Part shown: positions 62,196-64,000 of the stretch, piece by piece
Layout: every line of letters starts with the position of its first letter
How positions within the stretch are numbered: the stretch's first letter is position 1
Origin: an uncultured Acidobacteriota bacterium
GTDB taxonomy: Bacteria; Acidobacteriota; Blastocatellia; RBC074
NCBI GenBank assembly: GCA_963813345.1
Contig: CAWEYR010000010.1
Span: 70,592-134,591, forward strand
Reading direction: 5' to 3'
DNA: 64,000 nt
Notes under the pieces: model-generated
What the model was told of the DNA's origin: nothing
What the model saw: the letters and a program-made list of their open reading frames with translations, nothing else
Databases searched by the model: none
Translations under genes and position numbers: made by a program

Positions 62196-64000
62196 TCACT
62201 GTTTTGTCGCGGAAGCTGACGCGTTCTGCTTCAACGTGATGGCATGTTGGTCCGATAGGTGGATGACATCGAACGCCTTCTTCAGCAACGGGTAGTTCTT
62301 TTTCTCGATCACAAGCAGAGTGAACCGGAGTGTACGCGAATAGACGAGCGTTTTCTGATCTTTTGTGAGCACTGATCTTGACGTCATAATTGCCGGCATC
62401 ACCAAAATTGAGCGGGCTCGGTGCGTCGGCATTGTCCAGGACGAAGCCTTCGGGTAGCGTGATCTCGACGTCGTCCTGCTGCGGTGGACTGAAAATGGAA
62501 ATAAATATCGTGAAGTCGCGAATTGGATGGAAACATCGCTCCCAGTCCTTTCTGAAAGAACGCCGGGCTGCAGAAAGAGCCGCTTGCCTGTACGTTCGGC
62601 GTATCCGGGAACCCGCACCTTGTACGAATAGACAAAAGGTTTGACAGGATCAGTAGCGCTTTGGATCTTAATCTCGGAAACTTCGGCGCCGATTCGCCCT
62701 TTGACCGAATCGCTCAGTCTCTTTTCGCGCGTTTCAGGAGTCTCGTCGTCGTACTCCTCTTTCATATCGACGGCGAAATGGCCAGTGAATTCGACCTGAA
62801 CCTGGCCCTCGAGCGTCCCGTCTTCCGAGAGCCGCAACTTTGCTGAGCGCTTCGTCACCGACTTCTCCGGTGGCGCAAGAAGTGTATCGACAAACTGAGG
62901 CTCTTTCGAATCTGTCACCAGAGCTTTCATCCCCTCTTCCTGCCACCGCAACATACCAAAGGGGACATAAGCGCTGCCTGGATCGAAGAACCGCCACCCA
63001 TCACCCAACTTCACTGCAATGTTGTAGCCACGGAGGAAATAGGAATCCAGAAAGTTCATGTCGAAGAACTTTCGACTGCGGTCCCCGATGAGAGCATAAC
63101 GGGCGTCGAATCCGCTGGCTGCAGCCATGGCGGCAAAAAGGAAATTGATGTCGGAGCCGTTGCCATAGCCTCGCTTAAGTGTCTCAGCCGGCGAACGGTT
63201 TTCCTTTAGCTTCGCGAGCTGTTCAGCTGTCAGACCCGAAGCATCGTCGGCTACGTTCTTGATCTTTGTACGGGAATAGTTGAAAAGACGTTCGAGCTTT
63301 TGCTCTGGTTGAGTGGCATCACCTATGGCCTCGTTAGCAACGCGACGAACCTCGTCGGTGAGCTTCATCTCTCCTTTGCGAAGTTCATACACGCGCTTGC
63401 CCTCGTCCTTCCAAAACTCCACTGGCGCTTTCCTCGCGTCCGGTGAGTAAAAGACCAACATCCAGGCTTTCACCTGGTCCTCCGGTGGCATGTGGGCCTC
63501 TTCACGAAATGCGGGCACGTTCGTCAATTCCATGCGGAAATAGCCATCCCTGTCCTTCACGAATTGTTGTGCGCTGGCCTGGAATGCGATCGTCCTCATC
63601 GGGCTGCTGACATACGGGTTTGGCTTCAGGTAGTAGCGAACTACGTGCGTCGGAATTTCGCGCTGCAACTCCATCTTGACGTAGTTGGTTATATAGCCAT
63701 AGACCTCCCGCCAGCGGTACTCAATGATGGCGCCCGGCTCAATACCCGGAATTGCGAAAGACTTCGCTTTCAGCTTGAAGCTGCCTGCTTTGACAAGCTC
63801 GCGGTCGAAAATGGCATCTTTCTTCAGTTCTATGATCGTACCGTCGGGTTTGATAGTGCGCGCGGCAACATCTTTAACGGATACGTCGGAGAGGTACGGG
63901 ATGTCGATCTTGGAATGTGCTTCTTTGCCCCGCTCGGTGAAGATTTTGATGCGGACGAAATGTGTGAAGTCCGTGCCCGCATCCGATGCTGTATTGATGT
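62196..64000 (-). CDS. DUF3857 + transglutaminase-like protein, 5'-truncated, frameshifted
   Basis: EPGAIIEY, PAFREE..MPP, FFDPG; YGNGSD at the position of GDCKD. Confidence 0.85.
   Translation of the reverse strand, partial: INTASDAGTDFTHFVRIKIFTERGKEAHSKIDIPYLSDVSVKDVAARTIKPDGTIIELKKDAIFDRELVKAGSFKLKAKSFAIPGIEPGAIIEYRWREVYGYITNYVKMELQREIPTHVVRYYLKPNPYVSSPMRTIAFQASAQQFVKDRDGYFRMELTNVPAFREEAHMPPEDQVKAWMLVFYSPDARKAPVEFWKDEGKRVYELRKGEMKLTDEVRRVANEAIGDATQPEQKLERLFNYSRTKIKNVADDASGLTAEQLAKLKENRSPAETLKRGYGNGSDINFLFAAMAAASGFDARYALIGDRSRKFFDMNFLDSYFLRGYNIAVKLGDGWRFFDPGSAYVPFGMLRWQEEGMKALVTDSKEPQFVDTLLAPPEKSVTKRSAKLRLSEDGTLEGQVQVEFTGHFAVDMKEEYDDETPETREKRLSDSVKGRIGAEVSEIKIQSATDPVKPFVYSYKVRVPGYAERTGKRLFLQPGVLSERTGSDVSIQFATSRYLFPFSVHRSRTTSRSRYPKASSWTMPTHRARSILVMPAIMTSRSVLTKDQKTLVYSRTLRFTLLVIEKKNYPLLKKAFDVIHLSDQHAITLKQNASASATKQ

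Overview
Bacterial chromosomal window, most likely Acidobacteriota (Blastocatellia-like; inferred from an Oar-type TonB-like receptor, a VWFA-Acidobacterial protein, a DUF1592/DUF1552 pair and a TIGR02999-type ECF sigma with its Ser/Thr kinase). About 17 genes, including essential infB and nusA, are split by 1-bp indels, which points to long-read consensus errors rather than pseudogenes. The right half is mostly housekeeping: accD, rimP-nusA-infB-rbfA-nrnA, ribH-nusB, resB-ccsA, tkt, yvcK-glmU-glmS. Structure that the gene list does not explain: (1) an integrase-free ~11.3 kb island at 18629-29950, bounded by 29-bp direct repeats (25/29 identical). It carries an ECF sigma, a membrane Ser/Thr kinase-TPR, a small secreted CxxC peptide and a 7-blade FG-GAP protein. 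Nested inside it is a 5-kb DUF1592-DUF1552-nucleoside hydrolase cassette bounded by REP-containing direct repeats and by a duplicated kinase 3' end. (2) A dense population of at least four REP/REPIN hairpin families that nest inside one another, are wrapped in inverted heptamer arrays, and in several places bracket single genes or gene blocks like cassettes. No rRNA, tRNA, CRISPR array, integrase or transposase was seen. All family assignments come from motif recognition by eye; no database searches were run.
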